Positions 26,065 through 38,603 of a stretch of DNA of 64,000 nt are shown one piece after another. Under the pieces are notes generated by a model. The model had not been told where the DNA came from, did no database searches, and was given only the letters and a program-made list of their open reading frames with translations. This DNA comes from Octopus bimaculoides (Eukaryota), in contig NC_068983.1 of the NCBI RefSeq assembly GCF_001194135.2, positions 23,822,235-23,886,234 of the forward strand. The letters are read 5' to 3'. A program made the translations under genes and the position numbers. Each line of letters begins with the position of its first letter. The stretch's first letter is position 1.

Positions 26065-27200
26065 TTAACTATCATTTTCCATGCTGGCAATGGGTCAGAC
26101 AGTTTGACCAGGGATGGCAAGCTGACGGGCTGTACCAGTCTCCAGTCTGATTTGGTATGGTTCCTACAGTTGGATGCCCTTCCTATCATCAACCATTCTG
26201 AGAATGTAATGGCTGCTTTTACGTGCTGCTGGCACAGGTGCCAGTTGTGTGACACCAATATCTGCCACAACTATGATTTCACTTGGCTTGATGGGTCTTC
26301 CACTCAAGCATGGCGTATTGCCAAGGGTCTCAGTCATTTGTCATTGTCCATGAGACCCCGTGCTTGAAAGGTGCTTTTTATGTGCCACTGGCACAGGTGT
26401 AAGTTACATGACATCAGCATTAGCCATGACTGCGATTTCACTTGGCTTGCTGGGTCTTCTCAAGCATAGCATATTATCAAAATCTCAGTCATTAGTCATT
26501 ACCTCCGTGAGGCCCAATGTTTTTCCTAGGTCTACCTCTTTCAAAGTGGAGGCGCAATGGCCCAGTGGTTAGGGCAGCGGACTCGTGGTCATAGGATCGC
26601 GGTTTCGATTCCCAGACCGGGTGTTGTGAGTGTTTATTGAGCGAAAACACCTAAAGCTCCACGAGGCTCTGGCAGGAGATGGTGGCGAACCCTGCTGTAC
26701 TCTTTCACCACAGCTTTCTCTCACTCTTACTTCCTGTTTCTGTTGTGCCTGTAATTCATAGGGTCAGCCTTGTCATTCTGTGTCACGCTGAATATCCCCG
26801 AGAACTACGTTAAGGGTACACGTGTCTGTGGAGTGCTCAGCCACTTGCACGTTAATTTCACGGGCAGGCTGTTCTGTTGATCGGATCAACTGGAACCCTC
26901 GACATCATAAGTGACGGAGTGCCAGACTAAGACCTCTTTCAAAGATTCCCTCCACAGTTAGAGATCAGCACTTCTTTACACAGTTGCACTTGTCCATACG
27001 CGTCACATGACAATACCAGTGCAGTCGTCTTACTTGCACACCACATCGCAAGTGGAAAATAGTCACACTATATTCATGACAGAAAACTTTGTGTCTTCAA
27101 AACTGCCATGAGAATGGAGACATCAAATTGCTGCCTCAACATTCTGTGAGCAGCTACCTCACATTTGGAGTTACAGTCAAAAGCCACCTTTATCTTGGAC
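26041..27200 (-). mobile_element. RTE LINE 3' end with (GAT)n tail, split by a SINE
   Basis: Minus frame RLHWYCHVTRMDKCNCVKKC*SLTVEGIFERG|RPRKT..LGLTEVMT...LEKT; tail tgatgatgatg at 26041-26062. Confidence 0.8.
26547..26931 (+). mobile_element. Full-length tRNA-derived SINE (head H1, tail T1) with 13-bp TSD
   Basis: Box A/B-like ggcccagtggttagg and ggtttcgattccc; TSD acctctttcaaag at 26534-26546 and 26932-26944. Confidence 0.9.
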
Positions 27201-29459
27201 TCAATGGGAAAGTTCTAGAAAGGCAAATTACACAATGGCTTCATGCTGATTGGTCAGTTAATCGGTTGATCACATGAAACAACTGTAGTTTAGCCATTAT
27301 GTCTGCTTGGCTATCTGGTGATTTGGTTTTGAATCTGCCATAGTTTTATGTTGTTAAACAAAACTCAGTAAAATGATAGTACAATTAGAAGAAAACACAC
27401 ACACATACATACACACATGTACACACATATGTATACACATATACACACATATACACATATCTACACATTCATGTACAAACATATACACTAATCTACACAC
27501 ATATGTGAACATACACACATTCACACATACATGTGCACACACACACATGCATATACAAGCACACACATGAAAGCATACATGCACATATAGACATACACAT
27601 ACATGTACACACATTTACACTCACACACACATACACATACACATGTCTCCACTACACACAAACATGCACATACACAGATACACACACATCGACACATACA
27701 CAAATACACAAATGCACATANNNNNNNNNNNNNNNNNNNNNNNNNNNNNNNNNNNNNNNNNNNNNNNNNNNNNNNNNNNNNNNNNNNNNNNNNNNNNNNN
27801 NNNNNNNNNNNNNNNNNNNNNNNNNNNNNNNNNNNNNNNNNNNNNNNNNNNNNNNNNNNNNNNNNNNNNNNNNNNNNNNNNNNNNNNNNNNNNNNNNNNN
27901 NNNNNNNNNNNNNNNNNNNNNNNNNNNNNNNNNNNNNNNNNNNNNNNNNNNNNNNNNNNNNNNNNNNNNNNNNNNNNNNNNNNNNNNNNNNNNNNNNNNN
28001 NNNNNNNNNNNNNNNNNNNNNNNNNNNNNNNNNNNNNNNNNNNNNNNNNNNNNNNNNNNNNNNNNNNNNNNNNNNNNNNNNNNNNNNNNNNNNNNNNNNN
28101 NNNNNNNNNNNNNNNNNNNNNNNNNNNNNNNNNNNNNNNNNNNNNNNNNNNNNNNNNNNNNNNNNNNNNNNNNNNNNNNNNNNNNNNNNNNNNNNNNNNN
28201 NNNNNNNNNNNNNNNNNNNNNNNNNNNNNNNNNNNNNNNNNNNNNNNNNNNNNNNNNNNNNNNNNNNNNNNNNNNNNNNNNNNNNNNNNNNNNNNNNNNN
28301 NNNNNNNNNNNNNNNNNNNNNNNNNNNNNNNNNNNATATATATATATATATATATATATACGTATTTGTGTGTATATATCCCAAAATATCATTTATTTAT
28401 GTCCGCCTTATAGCAATAGATATATCTGAAATTAAATTTTAAAATAATCTATAATGAGAACAGCAAATCAATGAATGATTATTAAAACAAAGTAGTTTTA
28501 TATTATAAAAAAAATGCAATAAAATAGTATATTTTTAATTTAAGAACAGCAAGCCAACGATATAAATAAATAATTAAAGAACATATTGCTCATGTAAAGT
28601 AATAAGAATATAGACTATCATCATAAGTATCATGAATGTTTATAACCATTTCAATTATTATGAATGTGTATAGTTGGTCTAGACGTGCATAGTGCCACAG
28701 CTTTCAACCAATCAATGACAACCATCTGAAATGCCTACATTCAGAGTTGCCTTTTGATTTTATAAGCTGGAGTGGATCAAATAAAAGGTGTAATTTCTCT
28801 TGGAAATTCACAGAGAATTTGAGTGCAGTGTGTCACATTGCTACTCTGGAGCAAAATTCATCTTCTGTGTATTCTTACCAGAACAATATTGTCATTATGC
28901 TTTTTCTTTTAAGCATTTGTCTGTTGTACATGTTACATTCCTGGTGAGAACTGCCTCCCTTCCTACAAAAGAATCCATTTATGTGTGTGTGTGCATGTGT
29001 GTGTGTGTGTTTGTGTGTTTGTGTGTGTGTTAAGACGTTTGCTTCCTAACCACATGGTTCTGGGTTCAGTTCCACTGCATATCACCTTGGACACACACAT
29101 CTATCCATCCATACATACATATCCAACAGGCTTCCACACAGTTTCCACTCCATTCCATTGCTTTATAAGTTGTGCCAATGAAAATACCTTTATGCAGTCA
29201 CTGAACCTGCTAGAAATAGAAGCCAAACTTTTTCATAACACACACTTTTGTCTTTGAAAAAGTGAGGATGTATTAAACAATGTCGTCTAAGATAATGCGA
29301 TGAGACAAGACAGTCATGGTCGGAAGACTTTTGATCATAAATCTGTTCAGCTTGGGTTGAGCTGGGGGCTAAACGACAATAAAGAGCAACATCTTCAAAT
29401 ATTGTATATCAATATGTTTAATTAAGTTATGATAAATTCTATTTAACAAATTTGCCAGA

Positions 29460-29650
29460 AAACAGATTCTTCAAGCTGAGCCAACTGACAGGAGACCTTG
29501 GGGCAAACCACAAGCGAAATGGTTGAACAATATCCATTGTCTCTATTGGCCACACTTGGGAATCAAGCAGGGAAATTTAATGATAGTTGCTTCTGACAAG
29601 ACCCTATGGTGCTTGAAGACTTTCCTACAACCCTCTTAGGAATAGTAGTT
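29460..29650 (+). mobile_element. RTE-clade LINE extreme C-terminal relic
   Basis: ILQAEPTDRRPWGKPQAKWLNNIHCLYWPHLGIKQGNLMIVASDKTLW resembles ...P.G.RPRGRPRTRW.DYI..L.W.RLGI...VA.DR..W. Confidence 0.65.
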
Positions 29651-31379
29651 GGTGTAAATGAACGGAGAGAATTTGCATTAAATTACTAAAATTAAAATTT
29701 GTTTAGCCTCCTCCCACCAGGGTAATGTCAACATGGAGACAGAAATGTAAAATTTAAACAATTATTTTTAAAAATTTCAGAACACAATTACTAAATATTT
29801 GTTCCATAGTCACTTATTTTACCACCAATGTTTGAAATAGTAGCAGAATATAATCAAGAATTTTGTTCTCTGCTCTTTCAATTACTCATCATCATTGTCG
29901 TCATCGTCATCGTTGTCGTCGTCGTCGTCGTCGCCGTCAAAATCGTTGTCATCGTTGTCGTTTAACATCCGCCTTCCATGCTGGCATGGGTTGGACGGTT
30001 TGACATGAGCTGGCTAGGCAGAGGACTGCACCAGACTTCTGTGTCTGTTTTAGCATGGTTTTTACGACTGGATGCCCTTCCTAACACCAACTGCCCAGCA
30101 GAGTGGACTGAGTGCTTTTTAACATGGCACAAGCACAGGTGAGGTAAGTTTTGGAATAGTTTCTACAGCTGGATGCCCTTCCAAATGCCAACTACTATAC
30201 CGTGTGGACTAGATGCTTTTTATGTGGCACCAGCACCTCTATTTTTATTTTTATCTGTTTCTTTTATTTGACTGTGGCCATGTTGGGGCACCATTTTGAA
30301 TAACTTTTAGTCAAATGAACTGATCCCAGCATTTATTTTTTCAAAGCCTTACACTTATTCTATCATTCCTTTTTGCTGAACCACTAAGTTATGGGGATGT
30401 AAACAAATAAAGACCAGTTGTCAAGTGGTGGTGGGGACAAGCACAGACCCCCCCCCCCCACATGATGGACTTCCTTCAGTTTCCATCTACCAAATCCACA
30501 CACAAAGCTTTGGCTGGCCTGAGGCTATAGTAGAAGACACCCAAGTTGTCACACAGTGGGACTGAACCTGCCTGAAAAGCAAGCTTCTTTGAGGGACGAC
30601 ACTGGATGAAATGCTCATTTATAATAAATTTTAAAAGGGCCTTGTTAATTACAATGATTATGAGGAAAAAATAGTAAATAAATTCATTTTGCTAACCAGA
30701 AACTTTTAAAAATAACTGCTGAATATTATTTCAACTACTTGAGATCAATTTACACAAAATATCAACCAATTCTCCATTGAACCAATCCTTGAAATTTTTA
30801 AATACAGAAAAGACTTGTCGGGATAATACAGTCCGAGATACACTATGCCTGAAAAAATAAATGAAAAGAAAATTTGGATGGTTATGTTTGGCACATTTGC
30901 TTTATCAGACCTGATTTGGAGCTAAATAATAACATGTTTTGCGTGGCAAATTTCTCTGTAGCATTCTCTATTTTCTTTAAAATGGAGACAATATGTTGTG
31001 AATCATAAAAATTTTGTTGCAACATGTCTCATAATAATGATGGGATTTCAGCCATGAATAGAATACTAATTGAATGGTTCATTCGATTGGTTATTGTAAT
31101 TCAAGCAGAGCTGACTGGCGCTTCCATACGGTAGCAACAATGGTAATTCTTGAGGTATTAATTTGTTTGTTTAAGTCAGGGGTATGGGGAATTGCAAATA
31201 CACAACAGTCTGTGGGACTGTATATGTGCCGAGAAAAATAATGAAGCTTCAATTTTACAAGTTTATAAAACCTTTCTCCTTTTCCTTCGTTTTCATCAGT
31301 GGACTGTGGCCATGCTGGGACACTGCTCTGAAGCATTTAATTGAACAGACCGGACCAGATATTTACTCTTTTACTCTTT

Positions 31380-31752
31380 TACTTGTTTCAGTCATTTTGA
31401 CTGTGGCCATCCTGGAGCATTCTTTGTGAGCCTAGTACTTATTCTATCGGTCTCTTTTGCCGAACCGCTAAGTTATGGGGATGTAAACACACCAACATCG
31501 GTTGTCAAGTGATGTTGGGAGGAAAACACAGACACACAAACATACACACACACACACACACACACGCACACATATATATATATATATATACACATATATA
31601 TGACAGGTTTCTTTCAGTTTCTGTCTACCAAATCCACTCACAAGGCTTTGGTCGGCCCTAGGCTATAGTAGAAGACACTTGCCCAAGGTACCACACAGTG
31701 GGACTGAACCCGGAACCATGTGGTTGGTAAGCAAGCTACTTACTACACAGCC
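31380..31752 (-). mobile_element. Near full-length SINE family A
   Basis: Same head, core and tail as 54960-55368 and 37790-38145. Confidence 0.9.
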
Positions 31753-32154
31753 ACTCCTACGCCTAATAAAAATTTTTTTTTATAAGTGTGGTACTTATTC
31801 TATTGGTCTCTTTACTGATCTGCTGAGTTATGGGGGATGTAAACAAACCGACAATGGTTGTCAAGCAGTGTGAGGGACAGATACAAAGGCACAGCACACA
31901 CACACACATGCATGTACATAAATACACAACAGGCTTCCACACAGTTTCCACCAACCAAATTCACTTGCAAGGCATTGGTTGGGTTGGTGCTACAGTAGAA
32001 GACACTTGCTCAAGGTGCAGTGGAGTAGGTTGGCAGCTGAAACCAAATTCACATGGTTGCAAAGCAATGCTATTCTGGGTTTGAAGTTAATACTATTTTT
32101 TTGTTTTTTATATGGGTTTAGAAACTTTGTAAGTAGAGACTTTTGAAGTTGAAT

Positions 32155-32700
32155 CATCATCATCGTTTAACGTCCGCTTTCCATTCTAGCATGGGTTGGA
32201 CGATTTGACTGAGGACTGGTGAACCAGATGGCTACATCAGGCTCCAATCTGATTTGGCAGAGTTTCTACAGCTGGGTGCCCTTCCTAACGCCAACCACTC
32301 TGAGAGTATAGTGGGTGCTTTTACATGCCACTGGCACGAGGGCCAGTCAGGCGGTACTGGCAATGGCCATGCTCAAAATGGTGTATTTTACATGCCACCT
32401 GCACAGGAGCCAGTCCAGTGGCACTGGCAACGATCTCGCTCAAATGTCTTTTCACATGCCACCGGCATAAGTGCCAGGAAGGTGACGCTGGTAACGATCA
32501 CACTCAAATGGTGCTATTTACGTGCCACTGGCATGGAAGCTAGACAGCTGCTCTAGCAACGATCACGCTTGAATGGTGCTCTTAGCGCTCCACTGGCACA
32601 GGTGCCATCACAATTTCGCTTTCGCTTGCCCCAACAGGTCTTTGCAAGCCGAGTTTAGTGTCCAATGAAGGAGACGTTGGCATAGGTGCCAGTCATCGAA
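32155..32700 (-). mobile_element. Longest RTE-derived family C copy
   Basis: Core shared with 22875 copy plus internal repeated acgtgccac(c/t)ggcac modules. Confidence 0.85.
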
Positions 32701-33602
32701 TTTAGTTCGATTTTGATTGAATGCAGAAATAATTTGACCAATAGATAAGGGGAATCCCATTTTCTACTTTTTTTTTACAGCTTAGTCTAAGAGGGGAAAG
32801 GAAGTACCCACAGCCCTTTATTATGTTTATGTCTCCTAAGACAGGTGTAAAGGAGGGAGGAAAATATCCTCAAACTGAAGACTTGGCATGAGTACTTACA
32901 ACAGATAGAACTCTGCTACTAGCATTTAAAGACCAGGTAGTAGTGTCAAATCAGTTGATGGATTAATTCTTGTACCTACAAATTCAGAATACAGAGTAAC
33001 AGAGACACAAATACCACAAGGCATCTTATCTGATGCTCTTACATTTCCACAAATCTACTGTTTTGGACTAATATCTTATTTTATTGACTTTGAAAGGATG
33101 AAAGGTGGCACTGACTTCAGCAGGATTTGAACTCAGAGTGCCAACATCAAGAACAAATGCCACAAAGTATTTTGTCTTACTTCTTACTGTCAAACAACTC
33201 GACCAGTTTGTTACCTCCCTGGTCTAAGCTGAAACTAGTAAAACTCCTTCAATTTCTTACTGTTATTTCTGTATATGTGTAGGCATGGCTGTTAGGCAAA
33301 GGTGTAGCTGTTTGATAAGAAGTTTGTTTCCCAATCACATGTTCCCAGGTTCAGCCTCACGTGGTTTCAGGTTCATCATCATTTAACGTCTGTGTTCCAT
33401 GCTAGCATGGGTCAGACGGTACCACAAAAGCCGGCCAGGCCAAAGCCTGCACCAGACTTCTGTGACTGTCTTTGGCAGGATTTTTATAGCTGGATGGCAT
33501 TCTTACCACCAACCACTCAGCAGAGTGTCTTCTACTATAGCCATGGGCTGACCAAAGCCTTGTGAGTGGATTTGGTAGATGGAAACCGAAAGAAGTCAGT
33601 TG

Positions 33603-33704
<102 letters not shown>

Positions 33705-34203
33705 TACCTGTGTTTGTCCTCCTGCTACTACTTGAGAACTGGCGCTGATTTGTTTGGTTAAACATTCTTCAAGGCAGTACTCCAGCATGGCCACAGTGTA
33801 CTGATTGAAACAAGTAAAAGGTAAAAGATAAAAAGTTGGGTGGTAAGCTGGCAGAGAAAATGCTTAATGATGTTTCTTCTGGCAGCTCTTTATGTTCCAA
33901 GTTCAAAGGTTGACTTTGTCCCTCATCCTTTTGCGATTGATGTAATTGACTTAACAACTGCCTCTAATATTGGTTTTAGATTTTGGCATAAGGCCAGCAA
34001 TTTTGGGAGAAGAGGGATACTTGATTTTATCAACTCCAGTATTTAACTGGTACTTATTTTATCAACTCCAGTATTTAACTGGTACTTATTTTATCAACCC
34101 CTGAAAGGATGAAGGGCAAAGTCAACCTTGGTGGAATTTGAACTCAGTATGTAAAGATGGGCAAAATGTCCCTAAGCATTTTACCTGGCTTACCAATGAT
34201 TCT

Positions 34204-34434
34204 TATTTCTTTATTGCCCACAAGGGGCTGAACATAGAGGCGACAAACAAGGACAGACAAAGGGATTAAGTCGATTACATTGACTCCAGTGTATAACTGG
34301 TACTTAATTTATCGACCCCGAAAGGATGAAAGGCAAAGTCGACCTCGGCGGAGTTTGAACTCAGAATGTAACAGCAGATGAAATACCGCTAAGCATTTCG
34401 CCCGGCGTGCTAACGATTCTGCCAGCTCACCCCC
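34204..34434 (-). mobile_element. Young SINE family B nested in an older family B copy, 25-bp TSD
   Basis: ttttacctggcttaccaatgattct (34179-34203) / ttttacctggcttgccaatggttct (34435-34459). Confidence 0.9.
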
Positions 34435-37285
34435 TTTTACCTGGCTTGCCAATGGTTCTGCCAGCTTGCTGCCTTCACCTCCCCCAATACTGATTTCAAA
34501 TTTTTGGCACAAGGCCAGCAATTTCAGGGCAAGGGTGAAGTCGATTGTATCAACCCCAGTGCTCAACTGGTAGTTATTTTTCAACCCCAAAAGGATAACA
34601 GGCAATGTTGACCTCGGTGGAATTTGAGCTGATATATTTATGAGTCTTATTTTACTGGAATTTTTCTTCCTGTTCTTTGCAATCCTTTAATATCTAATAA
34701 TATCTATCTGGTAAGATTTAAATTAATTTTCTTCTTTGAAAGGATTAATTAATTTCCCCCATGATTACGAGCTTAAGATGCCGAACTTAGAGACTATTAT
34801 TTGGGCAGTGTTTTAATTGTTGCTTACAGCTATTTTATTGCACTCTGAGGCAACAGTCGTTTGATTGTCTGATTCTATATAGTTGATAATAACTTCTACT
34901 TCACAGTTGGATGGTTAGTGTAAAAATAAATTGCTCCATTATTCTATTGCTCCAATAGTATGTATGAGTCTAAGCAAGGAACTGAATGTAATACAATAAA
35001 GGAAAAAAATCAGCAAGCAAATGAAATACCAAAAATATTCACCCTTAGGATTGACAGAGTAATTCCAAGATTGATTAGATGCACAACTAGCAATCCAAAC
35101 TGCCAATGTCTCCTGTTTACATTACTATGTTAATTTATCATTCTTTAAATACTGGGTATTCAAATTATTGATTCAGCTGCTGGTCAAAATTCAGAAGAAC
35201 AACTGATATGAATAATTTTTAAATGATTTACATATTTAGATTTATATAAAATATATATTTTTTGATTATTAATTATCCCAGTTGTCTTCAGTGTGTTTTT
35301 TTAAACCTTTGGGTCCTTTGTTCATTTAATATTTATCTAGTCTTAAGGTATTTAAGTACAAAGGTCCGTATTGAAATGAAATATCCTGATGTAAACTGTA
35401 TCTTGAAATTCTTTATTATATTTATTTATTTATTTTTAAATTTCAGTTTCCAATATATCTCTGTCAATTAAGGAAATTTTCTGTTTAAATGATAGATGCT
35501 CTGTCTCATTGAATATGTTTATAATCATTCCCAACTAGTGATGTAAGCAAATCAAAAGCTTATTTTTTATATTTGTTGTAATATCAATACCTTTACATCA
35601 TAGAAATTTCAAAAATAGATGACTATTTTTTTTCAAATATCTATGGCCATTTTCAAATGAACATACGGAAAGATTCTTATATATGTTGCCAACTGAATAA
35701 ATATTGTGAACAAAGAATTGTTTTATAATCATATTTCTTAACAAGAATAGACTTCTGATGTATATCAGTTAATTTTGAAAGTAATCAATATATGTAACTT
35801 TTTATTTGTTTGTCGGCATTGTTTAGCTATTGTTTTAGAATACAACAGAATACAAATGTTTACCTACTGAAATTTTCACATTACCATTAATATAACAATG
35901 TGAGATTTCAGTCAAGATTTTAATTTAAATATGAACACTTCAAAGCAGACAATTTGGGGTAGGTTGGTATGGAAAGAGTTAAGGGGAGTCAATGCAGACA
36001 AAATATGTTTTAACTAAAAAATAATTTTCTGAGCAGTGTTTATTAAAAAAAAAAAACAGAAATTTTATGAATTAAGATCAACAAATGGAATACAAAGAAT
36101 TATAAACAGAGTTAATTAGCATTGATAACTATCAATTGGAATGAAGTTATGACTGTGCATCAAATGGATAAATTTAACTTTAATGCTTTTATTTTCAGGT
36201 CAGTGACACACAGACAACCCTAAACTGCATACATCTGAGCCAGTGACCTCGTTTTCATGACTGGCATCAATTTCTCATCTAAATCCTCATCAAATAGGAA
36301 TAAAGTGCTGAAAGCTAATGAACTTCTCATTGTATATACTTTTACAAATTACACAGTCATTAATCACTTTTCTTCTAGTTCCTATTCTCCAGCAAAAAAA
36401 CAAAATACCCCCCCCCCCCCACAAATAACAAAACAAAGATGTGATTGAATAAGTTAAACGTTTGACTGAAATGAAGGTTGGTGTCAGTGATGGATTATTA
36501 CAAACTTACAAACACAGAACAGTCTTTTTTTTATAATCCATTTGATTGCTGCTTTACTTATTTGATGGATGTCTTCCATAATATGAGAAATTGCTATGTG
36601 TATAGGTACAGGCTTGGTTGTATGGTTAAGAAGTTTGCTTTGTTGCCATATAGTTCCACCTTAGGCAAGTCTTTCTACTATAATCCATGACTGATCAATG
36701 CCTTATGAATGGAATTAGTAGGCAAAGCAAAGTGAAGTAGATGTAAGATGCTAGAGACGATGATGATGATGACCCATAATATGAAAAACTTTTGTTTAGA
36801 CTATGATGGATGATTATAAAGCAATACTTATTGACCTTTGAAGAAAGTTAACAGTTTTATCTGTTATAATCTTTACTCAACATTTTCAAGGCTTAGTTGC
36901 TTGCAGAAAAGAAAATCAACAGCAAAAGAATAAATAAATAAATAAATAAATAAATAAAATAAAATAAAATTTCGATATCCTGTAAAAGGTATTTCTGAAA
37001 TTTAGCTTGAGAAAGAAAAGGTTGAGACTATTCAACTATTTATGTTTATATTTTCATAGCTTCATTTTATATTATTTGTGAATAGTAAGGTTTCCTGTGT
37101 GTTAGTTACTGGTTCCCAGCACTTATGATGCTGAAAATGACAAGCAAGTGTCTGAAACTTAAGTGGTATAAATAACACAAAGCATTTTTGCTTCAAAGCA
37201 TTGGTTTATTAGATTTCTCATTGATGTTTACACTGTTGGAAAAATCCATGTTCTACGTACAAAAAAAGCATATACACAGACAAAC

Positions 37286-37334
<49 letters not shown>

Positions 37335-37789
37335 GCATACACACACACCCCAAATTTCTCAATAAGTTTTCATAAGTCAAAAACACACAGAAGTCTGGTG
37401 CAAGTAATAGAGTGTACACATCATTAATATTTAGTCTCATAACAGTAAATTCATGTCACTGAATGGTTTCATGCTAAAAAGCCTTCTTAGTATGGAAAGG
37501 TAATTTAACATCCAGTTTATGAGTCTCAGAGATTTTTCATCCTTGACTTTCATTCTATGTTTTTTTTTTACAACTTCTCTGACATGCATAAATTGGATGT
37601 GTGGTGTTTTCAGATCTCCAGTACAAAAGAGTTTAAGATACATACTCTTCTATTCAACCATATCAAGTGACTGTTAAATCACCCCGTTTATACTTAAGAG
37701 TTTCTTTGAAATGAAACTTAGATAATATGAAACTGGGTTGTTATGAGACTAGATTCATCATGCTTAATAAATCATATATATGTATATTC

Positions 37790-38145
37790 TCTTACTTGTT
37801 TCAGTCATTTGACTTCAGCCATGCTGGAGCACTACCTTTAGTCAAACAAATCCACCCCAGGACTTATTCTTTGTAAGCCTAATACTTATTCTATCAGCCT
37901 CTGTTACCGAACACATCAGTTGTCAAACAACAGTAGGGGGACAAACACAGACACACAAATACATATATATATATACATATGTGTATATATATATATATAT
38001 ATATGATGGGCTTCTTTCAGTTTATGTCTACCAAATCCACTCACAAGGCTTTGACCAACCTGAGTTTATAGTAGAAAACACTTGCTGAAGGTGCAGTGGA
38101 CCGAACCCAGAACCATGTGGTTGGGAAGCACACAGCCACTCTTGC
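37790..38145 (-). mobile_element. SINE family A
   Basis: Same core and tail as 31380 copy. Confidence 0.85.
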
Positions 38146-38153
38146 ACCTATAT

Positions 38154-38186
<33 letters not shown>

Positions 38187-38450
38187 GTTATCATCATCAT
38201 CATCATCGTCGTCATCATCATCATCATCATCATCATTATCATCATCATCATCATCATTTAACGTTTGTGTTCTATGCTAGCATGGGTCAGACGGTACCGC
38301 AAAAGCCAGCCAGGCCAAAGCCTGCATCAGACTTCTGATATACAAATTATAAAAAAAAAAATACTGTACAGTATTGTTTCTACTTCACAGATTTTCACCT
38401 ATTGTGGGGGGTTTTGGAACATAACAACTGCAATAGTTGAGGTATTACTG

Positions 38451-38515
<65 letters not shown>

Positions 38516-38564
38516 AATAGAGAAATAGATAAATTGATAGATAGATAGACAGACAGATAGATAA

Positions 38565-38603
<39 letters not shown>

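Noticed and set aside
26547-26625. tRNA gene (also 48565, 58550)
   Set aside because: Box A/B present but no complete cloverleaf evident; continues into SINE body and has a TSD
24599-28442. Long ORFs containing X (also at 555, 6441, 57373, 59364)
   Set aside because: Created by N gaps and flanking microsatellites
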